DNA of 37,232 nt from Octopus sinensis (taxonomy: Eukaryota), in contig NW_021828086.1 of the NCBI RefSeq assembly GCF_006345805.1, positions 1-37,232 of the forward strand, in the 5' to 3' direction. A program made the position numbers and the translations under genes. The first letter of the stretch is position 1. Every line of letters starts with the position of its first letter. This document shows positions 36,994 to 37,232 of this stretch, piece after piece. The notes under the pieces were generated by a model. The model saw nothing but the letters and a program-made list of their open reading frames with translations. It made no database searches and was not told the DNA's origin.

Positions 36994-37232
36994 GAGAAAG
37001 CAACCAAACTCTGGGATATGCTGATACACACAGATAGAGAAATAAAGGCCAACAGACCAGATATAGTGTCAGAGATCATGAAGAAAAAATGCTTTCTAAT
37101 TGATGTATCAATACCGGCAGATGACAACGTGCCTCTAAAAGAAATGGGAGAAACTTTCAAAATACAAAGACCTGGAAATGGAGGTAACCAGAATGTGGAA
37201 TCTAAAAACAGAAACAATTCCTATCATAGTAG
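36991..37232 (+). mobile_element. 5'-truncated RLE-type non-LTR retrotransposon (R4/Dong-like), endonuclease domain, runs off the window
   Basis: With two frameshifts: NEKATKLWDMLIHTDREIKANRPDIV..KKCFLIDVSIPADDNVPLKEM.EKLSKYKDLEMEVTRMWNLKTETIPII; the PD..D..K RLE catalytic pattern is present. Confidence 0.88.

Overview
This is AT-rich, microsatellite-saturated eukaryotic non-coding DNA, probably a large intron or intergenic interval. The repeat landscape looks to me like an Octopus (coleoid cephalopod) genome; that assignment is recall-based inference. I can support no host protein-coding gene, and almost every listed ORF is a translation of (AT)n, (ATGT)n, (AAT)n or (CAT)n repeats. The sequence does support several tRNA-headed SINE families (three copies with 11-13 bp target-site duplications, TSDs) and decayed CR1/L2-type LINE pieces. 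It also supports two restriction-like-endonuclease (RLE, R4/Dong-like) retrotransposon remnants, a Penelope-like (PLE) ORF scrap and a decayed Tc1/mariner transposase. DNA-element derivatives include piggyBac- and mariner-type MITEs and at least five non-autonomous Helitrons, and there is a 1.8-kb tandem duplication. The most interesting signal is five minimal type-I hammerhead-ribozyme-like motifs from four unrelated repeat families. They share the same geometry with compensatory stem changes. One sits in the 3' part of a tRNA-headed SINE (30891-31250) that inserted, with a 7-bp TSD, into the mariner remnant. Coordinates and identities were read by eye and may be off by a few bases.
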